The notes under the pieces were generated by a model. That model had not been told where the DNA came from. It did no database searches and worked only from the letters and a program-made list of their open reading frames with translations. A stretch of 64,000 nucleotides of DNA from NCBI RefSeq assembly GCF_963921235.1, contig NC_086118.1, forward strand, positions 28,522,001-28,586,000, given 5' to 3'. Both the position numbers and the translations under genes were made by a program. How positions within the stretch are numbered: the stretch's first letter is position 1; each line of letters opens with the position of its first letter. The stretch comes from Mobula hypostoma (taxonomy: Eukaryota). Positions 12,726 to 24,347 of the stretch are shown in pieces.

Positions 12726-13919
12726 CTGGCAAGTAATACTCTAAATGGCAGATGGGCTGAGTTGGAAGTTATTTTTCAAACAAGTATATAGGATCCTGAT
12801 TTTTATAAGAAGAATCAGAGTGCAAGAGCACAAACGTTGAAGTAATCATTTTACAGAATATTAGTTTGGCTAAGACTTTAGAATGCAGAAAAGATTAAAT
12901 AAAATAATTCCAGGAAGTGGATCAGTTACAGGAACTGGATTAGTTTTCTGTGGAACTGAGAATATTGTGGGGATCTAGTTAAAATCATGAGGAATATGGA
13001 CAAGATATGCAGAGGTAAACTGTTCCTGTTGGTAGAAGGATCTGAAGAATGTAACGTGTCGTGGGACCCAGCCTATTTTATGCAGCCGGTGGTGAGGATC
13101 AGGAATGCACAGGCAGCACAGCAAAAGGAGCCAGATTCAATCAAGAATGTACTGGGGAGTTCAATAAGTAGTTTGAAGAAAAAAAGTAGGACTGTGTGGA
13201 AAGAACAGAGGATTACTGATGGGATGAATGGCCTCCTTCCATGTTGTATCCATCTGAGATTCTTGGACCAGCGTTCAAATTCCAGCATGGCAGCTGGGGA
13301 TTTAAACTCAATTAATGAAATTACATTAATAAAATGTAACTGAAGATATTTTTCAAACTACTGGATTCAAAAAAAAAAATCTGCCTCACAAAGGTCCTGT
13401 AGGGAGGGAATTTGGTTCATTCTCAACAGGATGATTGTTCACAACTCTCTGAAATAGAGAGCAAGCCATTGAGTTGGATGAAACAAGTATAAAATTGTAC
13501 CCTGAGGTATAGAGCACAGTGATTTGTGAACAAAGCAAAGAAACACTGGACATTCTCTTCATGAACACCTCATACTCATCAAACAACAGCTCACACAAGC
13601 ATAACACCAGAATTTGGAATAGTATCCCACATCTCCAGGTTCAAGAACAGCTACTTCCAGTTAGTTGTTTGGTTGTTGAGCCAACCGTCGAAACCTTAAA
13701 CAAGATGGTTTAGCAACACCATGACCACTTTGATCACTTTGTATTAAATTGAGAATTTTTTTTTGTTATAATTTGTGTTCTTTCTTGTAAGAGTCATGTA
13801 TTATTGATGATTAATTTGTTTTTCTTCTTGTGAATGCTGCTTATATGATGAGCCAAAGTTATAGCCTGTGCTGTTGCTGCTTGTACGTGTTTCATTACAC
13901 CTGTGCATACTTGTACTTA

Positions 13920-15961
13920 TAGTCCGTGAGCCAGTAGGGTTGGTCAGTACCATCTGAAGGGAATAATGCTCATAGTGATTTTTGGCAAGGTATACATCTC
14001 TAGAGTTAGAAAATATGTGATAGCATTGTACCAGTGGTAGCTTTATTACTTCAAATAAGTAATCACTTTTTGTATATATTCCATATTAACATCAGTGCAG
14101 CAGAAAATGTTACCCCCACCCCCCCCCCAGAAGGTAAAAAACCTCACTTGGAGAGATTTCTGGAGTTTTATCAATATCATGATATTTTCCATATTGTTGT
14201 ATAAAATCAAAACAATCTTAAGCTTTTGTCATAGTATATAGAATTACAGTACAATAATTCAAATGTGGAGTTCCACATGGCCATAACCTAGGCCCCATTT
14301 GGTTGTAAAATGAATATATTTAATCAAAGACTGCTTTCCATACTTCGTTTTCCATTATTTCATAACCTATTAATAATCATAATTTTACAAGTCTTTCACA
14401 TCTTCATCTGAACTTCCCACACTCTCTGAGATGAATGCCCGGTTCTCACAGTCTGCCAGTCTACACATGTCAGTACATCTGAGGCCATTTGCAACACACT
14501 ACATTTTGGGAGTGAACATATTTTTGGACAGTTACTGGCCAGGAGATCCAGGACAGCCATCGGGTGCTGGCTGGCCTTCCATCCAGTGCACCACCAACTG
14601 TTCAGCTTCCTCTTCTCTCTCCATCTTCCATCCTCTGCCAACAGGGCTTAACACTTGTGGGTCCTTCTCCAAACATCTTCTCCATATACCAGCCTGGTAG
14701 TTGACTCGCTGTGCATGTTTTGTTAAGCAGTGCTTGCATGGTGGGAGTTGATGAGTTTCGATTTCACCTTTTTTGGCACAGAAAAGGTGATACCTGAGCT
14801 CATTGACCTTGGTGGTCCATGCTTTTGGGGCGTACAGGAGACATGTAAATGCCTCCAGTTTGTCTATCAGTTCTGGGGAGAGGTCCCATTCCTGACCCAA
14901 CTCTAAGAATGTGTCCTGAGTTTCACTGTTGCTGGTCAGAAGTTTTAGGGCACTTGTCTTCCTTTTGCCTGCAAAAGCACTTACAGTGTCACATCCTGTT
15001 TATGCGTGCAACCCAATGAGAGCCCTACAAACCACTACGCCAACAGTAGCAGCAACCTTCCTGATGTCTACAAGCCTTGTACGGGTTCTAGTGCCACACT
15101 TCTGGAACAATGGGGCCTGGTCCACAGGAATCTGCCCAAGGCAGTTGTTACTTGACAGTTGCACTGAGAATTGGCCTGTCTTGAAGGCCTCATACACAGA
15201 AGGATTTTTCTCTGGGAGGTTCATCATCTGAGCAAAGTAAGGGGACAGGTACCTGGCATGATTTATCTTATCTTAGGCGAAGCACCATGGGATTACGGTT
15301 CTCATAGCATGGAGGTGCAACTCCCAGTCCCCCTCACGAGAGACACGCAGAAACCCAAGTACTCCGTTCTCTACCATGTCAACGTATGATATCCGGAATG
15401 CAGATAGCTCGCCATTGCTGTGACGGAGGTGTTCCAGAAAGTCTGACCACAGGGTTATCAGCTCAGCTAAGAGTGGACTTTGCAGCAGATTGTTCAACTT
15501 CTGTTGGTTCAAGTCACTGGCCATGTTGTTCACATGGTCTAAGAATGATTTGATCATCCCACTCCTCTCTGGAACGTTTTCTTCAACCCACGGTGTGAAC
15601 TCTGCCCATGCGAGTCTCATCAGTGCTTCATAGATGTACTTGTGGACCCTGACAGCACGATTGTAGTGTTTACCATCAAGGACTCCATTGATGGTCCCCT
15701 TTGCGACAATTCCAGCCTCTATGCATACGTCCTTTAGACCAGCATCCCGAAATCGCTTTCCTAGGACGGCTAAGGCATTACGTATGGTATGGAATGTCCC
15801 CATCCTAACCCTAACCCTAACACACAGAAAGCTACCACCGCTGCAATGCTATCACATATTTTCTAGCACTAGTGGTGTATACCTTGCCAAAAATCACTAT
15901 AAGAATTATTCCCCCCAGATGGTACTGGTGGCCCAAACTTGGGGTCCTGGCTCATGAACTA
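13920..15961 (-). mobile_element. AcademX-type DNA transposon, internally deleted
   Basis: TAG...CTA termini; long imperfect TIRs 13920-14044 and 15828-15961; 3-bp TSD TTA (13917-13919, 15962-15964); transposase, XPG-like and Cys-rich remnants. Confidence 0.88.
14420..15809 (-). pseudogene. Academ transposase remnant: DDE-core segment + XPG/FEN1-like H3TH nuclease + C-terminal Cys-rich domain
   Basis: RMGTFH...GKRFRDAGL...GKHYNRAVRVHK...GDWELHL..., N(H)ARYL, GQFSVQ, IPVDQA; LHA*TGCDTVSAFAGK; LPPC...H..RVNYQAGIW...GW; C-x3-C...CTDMC...CEN. One frame 15809 to about 14560 with two TAA stops, then a frameshift. Confidence 0.85.
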
Positions 15962-16675
15962 TTATGCAGATGACAATAAAGTCGATTCTGATATCCCAGC
16001 TCCCTCCATCGTGATCCCTAATCTCTTTGAAATGTGAGCCACAACACTCCCGCCAGATGAGGCAACATAACGTGTTATTTTGCAGTTTTTTAATTCTTTA
16101 CCAAATTAAGCTGGCCATGCCACATTTATTTTTTGGAATGGTATTTTTATCAGAGTATTTTGTTTTCTTTGTTTTCATTGGTACACATTGGGTAAAATTA
16201 TTGTTCTTGGAAGTTTAGGTAATGTAAAGTATAACAATGATTCACTAATGTTAATTTCTCCAAAGATTTGATTAAAGGGGTCTTGTGCTTTAGGTTGGCC
16301 TTGGAGACTTATTGAAAAGTCTCACGTTTTGTTAGCTTTGTTGGAGTTAGCTTTTCACTGTAACGTTTTTTTTTTCATCGTAACATTTCAATCTATTAGA
16401 AAATTAATTTATTAAGAACAAATAGTTTTGTTTGAATTCTACATGAAATGCTTAATAGAATAATTCTGCACCTAAAGCTATTTCTGCCTGGAATTTAAAG
16501 TCAGTTAAGGAAGTACTTAAACAATTCCCTCCAGATGGCCAAAGTGAACAAAAGTCCAGATCAGGATAGAGGGGCACAGTGTTACTGGAAAAAAAATTCA
16601 AATAAGATTTCATACATGAATTAATATTCATTATGTTTGTAATACAAGTGTAATATTAATGCTACTGCAGCCTTT

Positions 16676-18508
16676 AAAGTTCAAGGCCTGGTGCCAGGCA
16701 AATAATCTGTTCCTCAATGTCAACAAGACAAAGGAGATGGTGATTGACTCCAGGAGAACACACAGAGCTCACACCCCTCTTTACATCTGTGGCACAACAG
16801 TGGAAATGGGGAGCAGTTTCCAACTCCTGGGAGTGCAAACTTCATGGGCCCAGAACACATTCTGCACAATCAGGAAATCTCACCAACTCTTCTGTTTTCT
16901 GAGAAGGCTAACAAGAGCTGGACTATGCACATCTATACTCATGTCATTCTGCAGATGCACAATAGAGAGCATTCTAACAAACTGCATCTGGTACAGTATG
17001 GAAACTGCACTGCAGCGGACAAGAAGACTACTACAGGTTGTCAAAACCACTCAACGCGTCACTGGCACCAGACCACAGTACGTGTGCTTGCAACACTGTG
17101 TGTCCGACAGAGTGATCAGCAGCACTGGGGCTCCACAGGGGACTGTCTTGTCTCCCTTTCTCTTCACCATTTACACCTCGGACTTCAACTACTGCACAGA
17201 GTCTTGTCATCTTCAGAAGTTTTCTGATGACTCTGCCATAGTTGGATGCGTCAGCAAGGGAGATGAGGCTGAGTATAGGGCTACAGTAGGAAACTTTGTC
17301 ACATAGTGTGAGCAGAATTATCTGCAGCTTAATGTGAAAAAGACTAAGGAGCTGCTGGTAGACTTGAGGAGAGCTAAGGTACTGGTGACCCCTGTTTCCA
17401 TCCAGGGGGTCAGTGTGGACATGGTGGAGGATTACAAATACCTGGAGATACGAATTGACAATAAACTGGACTGGTCAAAGAACACTGAGGCTGTCTACAA
17501 GAAGGGTCAGAGCCGTCTCTATTTCCTGAGGAGACTGAGGTCCTTTAACATCTGCCGGATGATGCTGAGGATGTTCTACGAGTTTGTGGTGGCCAGTGCT
17601 ATCATGTTTGCTGTTGTGTGCTGGGGCAGCAGGCTGAGGGTGGCAGACACCAACAGAATCAACAAACTCATTCGTAAGGCCAGTGATGTCGTGGGGATGG
17701 AACTGGACTCTCTCACTGTGGTGTCTGAAAAGAGGATTCTGTCTAAGTTGCATGCCATCTTGGTCAATGTCTCCCATCCACTACATAATGTACTGGGTGG
17801 GCACAGGAGTACATTCAGCCAGAGACTCATTCCACCGAGATGCAACACAGAGCGTCATAGGAAGTCATTCCCGCCTGTGGCCATCAAACTTTACAACTCC
17901 TCCCTTGGAGGGTCAGCCAATAGGCTGGTCCTGGACTTATTTTCTAATTTACTGGCATAATTTACTTATTACTATTTAACCATTTATGGTTCTATTACTA
18001 TTTATTATTTATGGAGCAACTATAAAGAAAACCAATTTCCCCTGGGATTAATAAAGTATGACTATGACTACTACCATTAAAGAGATGCATAAAGAAAGGT
18101 TCCAGAAAAGGGGCCAGTAACATCATGAAAGATCCCAGCCGCCCGGCTCATGGACTGTTTACTCCACTCCATCGGGGAGGAGGCTATGTAGCATCCAAAC
18201 CAAGACCACCAGACTCAAAAACAGTTATTTTTCCCCAAGCAGTAAGGCTGATCAGCACCTCCACTCGCTAACCCACCCTTCCACACCCCCAGCCACCAGT
18301 ACTTTATCATTTCATGTCGGTCACCTTATGTACAGGCACTCCAATGCCTAGCATCACTTCAAGGACATGCAATCAATCTATTTATATTTATTGTGTTTTT
18401 ATTATCATCTTCTTTATCTTACCGTGTTTTTTTGTGCTGCATTGGATCCAGAGTAACAATTATTTTATATGGGTACTGGAAATGACATTAAACAATCTTA
18501 AATCTTGA
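16676..18508 (+). mobile_element. Older Rex1/Babar-type LINE 3' part (16676-17068 and 18071-18508), split by a younger Rex1-type insertion
   Basis: WCQANNLFLNVNKTKEMVID...FCRCTIESILT...VTGT, resuming as ASNIMKDPSRPAHGLF...KNSYF; tail aaacaatcttaaatcttgaa. Confidence 0.8.
17069..18070 (+). mobile_element. Young 5'-truncated Rex1-type LINE; RT C-terminal part
   Basis: GAPQGTVLSPFLFTIYTSD, KFSDD, KTKELLVD, RLYFLRRL; single TAG at 17304-17306, frame continues; AATAAAG then (TATGAC)n tail. Confidence 0.93.
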
Positions 18509-19099
18509 AATAAGTTGTTGCATGGCTCTCTTCAAAAGATTTTCTTTGTCTTTTTGTGCACTGTTTCAGTCACTTGCAGAATCTGATACAATTAGAATAT
18601 TTTGTTTTTAATAATTGCAGTCACACTGCACAAAAAAATGACCAAATACATGTTGAAAAGGAGCAGTTGTCAGAATTAACCCAATTACCATTCTACTCCG
18701 AGTCTAGGGCCTCAGTGAAGGAGGTAGCAAAATAGTAACTTCATCTGTTTGTTTTATTCCCTGTGGAGGCTTTTGCTATGTCTACTGTTGGATTAGTTTT
18801 AGACATGCTCTATTTTGTGCAGACCCAGTTACACAACCTCCTCATGGAAAATGAAGGAAATTTTGAAGCTGGAACTCGAGCAGAAAAGGAATAAATTTTT
18901 ACAACAAATAATTTGATGCAGCTATTCCACATCAATAGAAAGTAGCTCCAGCTTTAATTTTCCACAATTAGCTTAAAAAACATTATTCACTGACTTAATT
19001 CTCCACATTACTGGCATGCTACAGCTCCTTTATTCTCTATTTTTTAAAGCCATGATTTGAAGAACATTTTTTGTGTTCTGAAGCTAAAAACTTGGATGC

Positions 19100-19660
19100 T
19101 TCTCCATCTTGCTGAGCAAACAACATACATTACTGAAATGCAGACAAACAACTGCATGGAGATCGGTGATGAAATTCTGAAAGGCCCCACAATGTCACAA
19201 TGTATTGAAGAAGTTTCGCCAACACTGACTCTGCAAAACCCTCCAAATTTGGTAGATTAGCAGACCTCCATCAACCTCCTCTCGGGTCCACATCCTCATT
19301 ACTCGGTGGATTTTTTGTTTGGGACAATTGACAGTGTTTACATGCCCAACACCAGACTTAGAAAATAAATACTCTGTTCCAAAATTTGTCACGGCAAAAA
19401 ACTACAGAGGAAGTGATTCAAATATGTTCTCTTATCTTCCTTGGAAACGTGTATTGTCCCAACCAATTTGTTATCTATCCCATTAATGTCTGAAATGAGA
19501 AGAAGCATTTTGGAATACTACTGATATCCTCAGATCCCTCCAGGAATGTTAGACAGAAGGAGTGGCCCATTTCCCGCCATACATCCACCCACCCCATTGT
19601 TTCAAAGTCTGTCTCACATTGGCCTGATCAGCCATATCAGAACCTCCATTATTGGGGTGG
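19100..19660 (+). mobile_element. Highly degenerate RTE (BovB-like) LINE 3' part
   Basis: Remnants of MPNTRL..., HGKK...RK.FK..L, and a terminal SHIGLISHIRT motif typical of RTE C-termini. Confidence 0.5.
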
Positions 19661-19879
19661 ACTCTGAGGAACTCCTTTTTCTAAAAAAAAGATCTTCCGC
19701 ATGATTTCTTCTCAAGTTTGCAATAAAGGACTGGTTGCCCCCACTGAGCGCATGGACCTCTGCAAATCATCATCACCGTTTCAACCCTAGACCCTGTGTT
19801 CAGTTTGTGTGGTCTACCAGAACCATGGAGGATATGAAAGCCTGTCCTTTATGTCTCTGTGTCTGTGGCAACATTCAAC

Positions 19880-20155
19880 CACCCATTTACACTAATCCTA
19901 CATTTTAAAAAAATTCATGCACTCCATATTTGTATGAACATGACTTGTATTCTAATGTTCCACCACATACTAAGGACAATTTAAAGTGACCAGCTAACTT
20001 ACCAGACGGCATGCCTTTGAGATTGGGGAGGAAAGCAGAGCACCCGTGAGGTCACAAGAGAATATGCAAACTCCACAAGGACCGAACCTTAAGGTCAAGG
20101 CTGAACTCTTGTCTCCAGCACTGTGAGCAAGTGTCTACTAGTTGTACCACAGTGT
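19880..20155 (-). mobile_element. Degenerate V-SINE
   Basis: cagctaacttaccagacggcatgcctttgagattggggaggaaagcagagcaccc...tgcaaactccaca is the reverse V-domain pattern. Confidence 0.65.
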
Positions 20156-23100
20156 AATGCAACCTCCTGATACTGGGAAGGGTTTGCCACCACGGAATCG
20201 GTGGTGAATCATGCCATACACAAACATTGCCTTGGACCACAGGCCAACATTTAGGCATTTTTTTCATTCTCCACTAGAAGGAGCTATCTCATCTGAATTA
20301 CCTCAACACCCTGCGTCTGCTGCTACATTAATTAATTCCTGCCGGTGGCTGGAAACAGGTCGATTCATCACCAACCATAATTTTACTTTTTTTTAAGTAG
20401 GGGGAGGTCTAGAGAAAAAGTTGATTTTGATATTTATCCTCCATAATTAAAATCATATTACCATACGTTAACCTCTCCCATCTTCCCACTGTTATTGTCA
20501 GCTCCTTACAGGAAACCACAGATGGATTTGACTGAATTTTAAGAATTCCTATCTGGAGTTTAAACTTAAACTCGTATTGATTTTTCTGAAAAAAAACTGC
20601 AATGTTGATGTGGCCAGGTCTCCTGAGCTTGGGAGTAGATTTGGGATTTTTTTGATTCATTAAATGAATGCAACAGTATTTCAACAATCAAAGTTGGTTT
20701 CTGAACTAAGCTTTTTTTTTGTAGTGCAGGGAGGTCCACTTTTCCAAAGTCTGTCTGTGAAACCTTAAGCTGCAGCTGGTCAGTTTACCCTCAAGAATTT
20801 GTACACGTGGCACATTATGCTGTATCTCTGATAGTCAAACGTAACGTTTGTTTTGGCTTGTCTGAGAGCTCCCATGGCACTTGAAGGTTACTGTTCCCCC
20901 CTGAGTTGACATATATCAGTGGCAGTCTTGCTTTTCTTTGCTTTTGAAGCATAGTGACTTTGCTTTGAATCTAAATTAATGTAAATACATTTAACTAGAC
21001 AAATGAAGCCCTGCAATCTTTTCAGTTGTTTTTTTTTAGTATTGTTCACTGTGGTATTCATTTACCATATGTCACTGTAAGTTTTAAAAACTATTGCAGA
21101 CAAAATGCTTGCATATCTTACTGCTATTTGGTTGAAATCCATTCAACAGTTTCTTCACCAGTGCTTTTGCTACACTCAACAGTTAAAGTGGTTTAATTGT
21201 AATGATGAACAGATAAGGAAGTGTAATTTTGAAAGTGTTAGATTGTACTGGTAACTTCCTGCAGAACTGAATGAGCTAGTCATGAGTTTGATTGCTAAAG
21301 TAATTGTAATCGAGACCAACATCTGTGGACACCAAAATATAATTTTGTATATGCCCTGCTCCTGGATCTCCTCACCATTGTGGGGCAATAGTTGCAGCAG
21401 GAAGTTTGCAACATGTCGGTTTCCAAGGTGACACTGGATGTTTGAGGCTATGATGAGAAATAATATACTAATCTTAGATCTGTTCAATTTCCTTTAAAAC
21501 ACTTTACCAAAGAACGCCATTGAGAGTGCAAAGACTATTTTTTCATGTGCTAACTTTGCATAGTTGTTAAGTTACTCCCAATTTTGGAACCAGTTAAAAA
21601 ATATTTTTCGCATCTTCAAGGCGTTGTTCTATGAAGATTGTATTCTTAAAGAACAATTCCCTCTTCCTGCTACAGTGTTCTCATCTGTCTCTTCCTGGTA
21701 AGATCAGCTGTGGGAGAATTAGCTGCCCTAAATAGACAATTGTTCTGCAGCAACAACTTCAATGAGAAACAACATCATCTCAACATCATTGAAATCTTAA
21801 AGCATATAAATAATTTTTGAGGTACAGAAATGCTGCAACCAAGATTGTTATTTGAGGATAATATGGCAAACTTATCACAGATTCATATTTTTAAAAAAGT
21901 TATGGATTGTTGAAGTTAAGATTAGCTCGTAGTGTGAACTGTACCGTATTGTTTATGATAGCTGAGGGATGTATTAACAGACATAATTTCATATCCATTT
22001 CCCTACCATGTGTTATTCAGGCAGTGCAGCCTTTTGTTAGCTCATATTAGGAAGGTACAGTTGAATGTTCAAAAATGCAATGGTTTTGGGCATTTCTGTT
22101 AGCAAGTCATGAAATAAATTCCCTTTGTTTACTAAACATGAAGGCCCTTGTACACTAATTGGTACTTTGTACCATCTTTAATTACTATAGAAGATGGCCT
22201 TCCTACCAAGAGCATTCAGATATAAAGTAATGGCAACTTCCAATACACTAATGACATGATTACATTTTCTTCTTAAGTCAATGATGTACACTTACAAACT
22301 GTGCTTGGGGGTGTGGAAGGATTGAATGTTAAATTTTTAATTGAGTGAAGATGCATTTCAAACTGACCGGACAAAATACTAATTCACAAATAGGAATTCA
22401 GTTCTGTTGTCACTGTTTGCTAGCTGATTGCTCCGTTCCTAGACTAACTGTGAAGACAGATAATTTCTTTTACATTCTCTCTTGGCTATGTTCTTTATAC
22501 ACAGGCCAGATATCCCAGATGTGTTGCAGAAATTTGCACTTTGAAATTGCTTTGCGCGTCTGAATTAATTAATTCATGGAAGGATAACAGAAGCAGGAAC
22601 TTATTAGGCAGTTAACTTGGTATCTGTCTTTGAAGGAAAATACTGGAATCAATTACAAAGAAATTAGTAACCATATAGATGGAGAACTATTATAATTCCT
22701 TGGAAACAATATAGCATTATGGAAGGAAAATCATGTTTGATAGATTTGTAAAGTTACTTGAGGATGTAACATGCAATGTAAATATAGGAAACAAGTAGAT
22801 ATAATGTTTTAGGATTTCTAAAAGGCAATTGATAAAGTGCCACATAGAGGTTACTGCACAAGGTATTGGGTGGGGGTGAGAAGAGGGTGTTTTCGGGGAA
22901 GGGGAGTTTATTAACTAGTTACTAATAGAAAATAGAATTGGTATAAATGACATTTTCATTTTGCCATGCTGCAAATACTGGGATATCACAGTGATTAGTA
23001 CTGGGTGACTTGCAATCTATATTAATGACTTAGATGAAATGTTTGAATGTTTTGGTGCTAAGTTTACTGATGATACATACAGTAGTCGTAAAAGCATGTT

Positions 23101-23332
23101 TTGAGGAAGGTGCAAAGAGTTGGCAAAGTGACATAAGTAGATTAAGCAAATGAATAAAGCTTTGTCAGGTGAGGTACAGTGAGACGAACTGTTGAGGTTA
23201 CTGGTAACAAAAAAATACAGAACAGCTGAAAATTGATGAAATGAATAGGGACTACAAAATAGGCTGATGTGCAGTGGCATCCAGATGTCCTTGTACATGT
23301 TCAGTGGTTCATTTTATTATCAAAGAATATAT

Positions 23333-24172
23333 TGTTACGTACCCCGTAACTGGGTTGCCAAACCAGCAGAAAGTTGGAGTCTGGAGTACTAGAACTAAGA
23401 AAGTTTTATTAAAGAAACAAGCAACACAGTAATCGAAAGGATAATAAATGCAACAATTCAACAATGATAACCACACATGTGCACAGAATTAAGATAACAG
23501 CATCAATCAAGCTCTATCGTTGTCTAGGGGTAAATGACCAATTTCAAAATGACTCAAAGTTCAGTCCAGTTTAGTAGTTCAGTTCGCAGTAATCGTTGCC
23601 ATGGCGGTGGACAACGTGGGGGAAGAGAGAGATAGAATAGGAACAACTCATCATTCAGAACGGCTTCACTCACAGACCAGCAAGATGGCTCACAGACCAG
23701 CGGGATGGCTCACAGACAGCTTTTGGGCAGGTCCTTGGTGATGTCACCTGAGGTCACCGACTGTGACCCCTCCTCCAGATGCGGTCGATCCTCTGCAGTG
23801 AACCCGGCACCCAGGCAAGGGCGGACACACACCAGGTTCCCGCTGATCGTACCTTTCCACCCACTCGTGAGAAGCGTACCGCTTCCAGGGTCTCGTTACC
23901 TCGGGTGGCGTGTGTCGTCTTAGCGAACCTGTCCCTTTTTATCCCCCTGCTGGGGTATCGCCTGTCCATCACTTCAAACAGTTCAGGGTTCAAAGGGGGG
24001 AGCCGCTCCAGACAGCTCTTCCTCCCACATCCCCTCATTACACATCCCCAGACGCTGCTCCATTGTTCCTTATCTCTCCTTCCCCTGAGGGCAGGTGGCA
24101 GACCAACTGCTGATGCCACTGATGCTAGCCCAGGCCAGCAAACATCTTAATTTTAGGTGTATTCTCGTAACA
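23333..24172 (-). repeat. 3' LTR (840 bp)
   Basis: Matches 27381-28231 by eye except for an 11-bp deletion (TGGATCACTCA); minus-strand AATAAA at 23405-23410; TATA-like GATAAAAAGG near 23934-23943. Confidence 0.97.
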
Positions 24173-24184
24173 CTTCCCCCCTTT
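24173..24184 (-). promoter_or_regulatory. Polypurine tract
   Basis: AAAGGGGGGAAG directly abutting the 3' LTR TG on the minus strand. Confidence 0.9.
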
Positions 24185-24347
24185 AAGGATTTTTACCGGG
24201 AGGTAAAAATTACAAACATGACTACATTATCTGATACATACACAATATACATCTTTAACAGTTATTTAGCTAATACAGAGAATTTGAAGCTGTCAACACC
24301 TTGACAGACAGTCATCACATTTTCTGTTCCTTTTACACGTGTTATTA

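Larger units (their letters stand above)
10420..13262 (+). mobile_element. Old CR1 RT/3' remnant, split by a young CR1 (10814-12521) and a Penelope-type fragment
   Basis: Degenerate CR1 motifs (FLISINDLDL; cagagat|atctgggagtac across the insertion; tail gatgggatgaatggcctccttccatgttgtatc). Confidence 0.6.
13520..15991 (+). mobile_element. Degenerate Rex1/Babar-type LINE 3' end, interrupted by the Academ element
   Basis: SRFKNSYF-type remnant near 13635; 3'UTR tgtactta|tgcagatgacaataaagtcgattctgat rejoins across the TTA TSD. Confidence 0.6.

Noticed and set aside
13917..15964. PIF/Harbinger assignment from the TTA TSD
   Set aside because: Long TIRs, TAG..CTA ends and XPG/Cys-rich remnants fit Academ instead
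16659..17960. Host gene or ALKBH8-like N-terminal domain (RLYFLRRL)
   Set aside because: This motif is part of Rex1/Babar ORF C-termini, and the ORF is a chimera of two LINEs
23671..23720. CRISPR-like or other spaced repeats
   Set aside because: Short 20-bp tandem duplication without spacers in an LTR; eukaryotic DNA with no cas genes
23705..24150. 121-123 aa ORFs duplicated at 27764-28209
   Set aside because: They lie in GC-rich LTR sequence, have no known motifs, and are not preserved as such in the solo LTR
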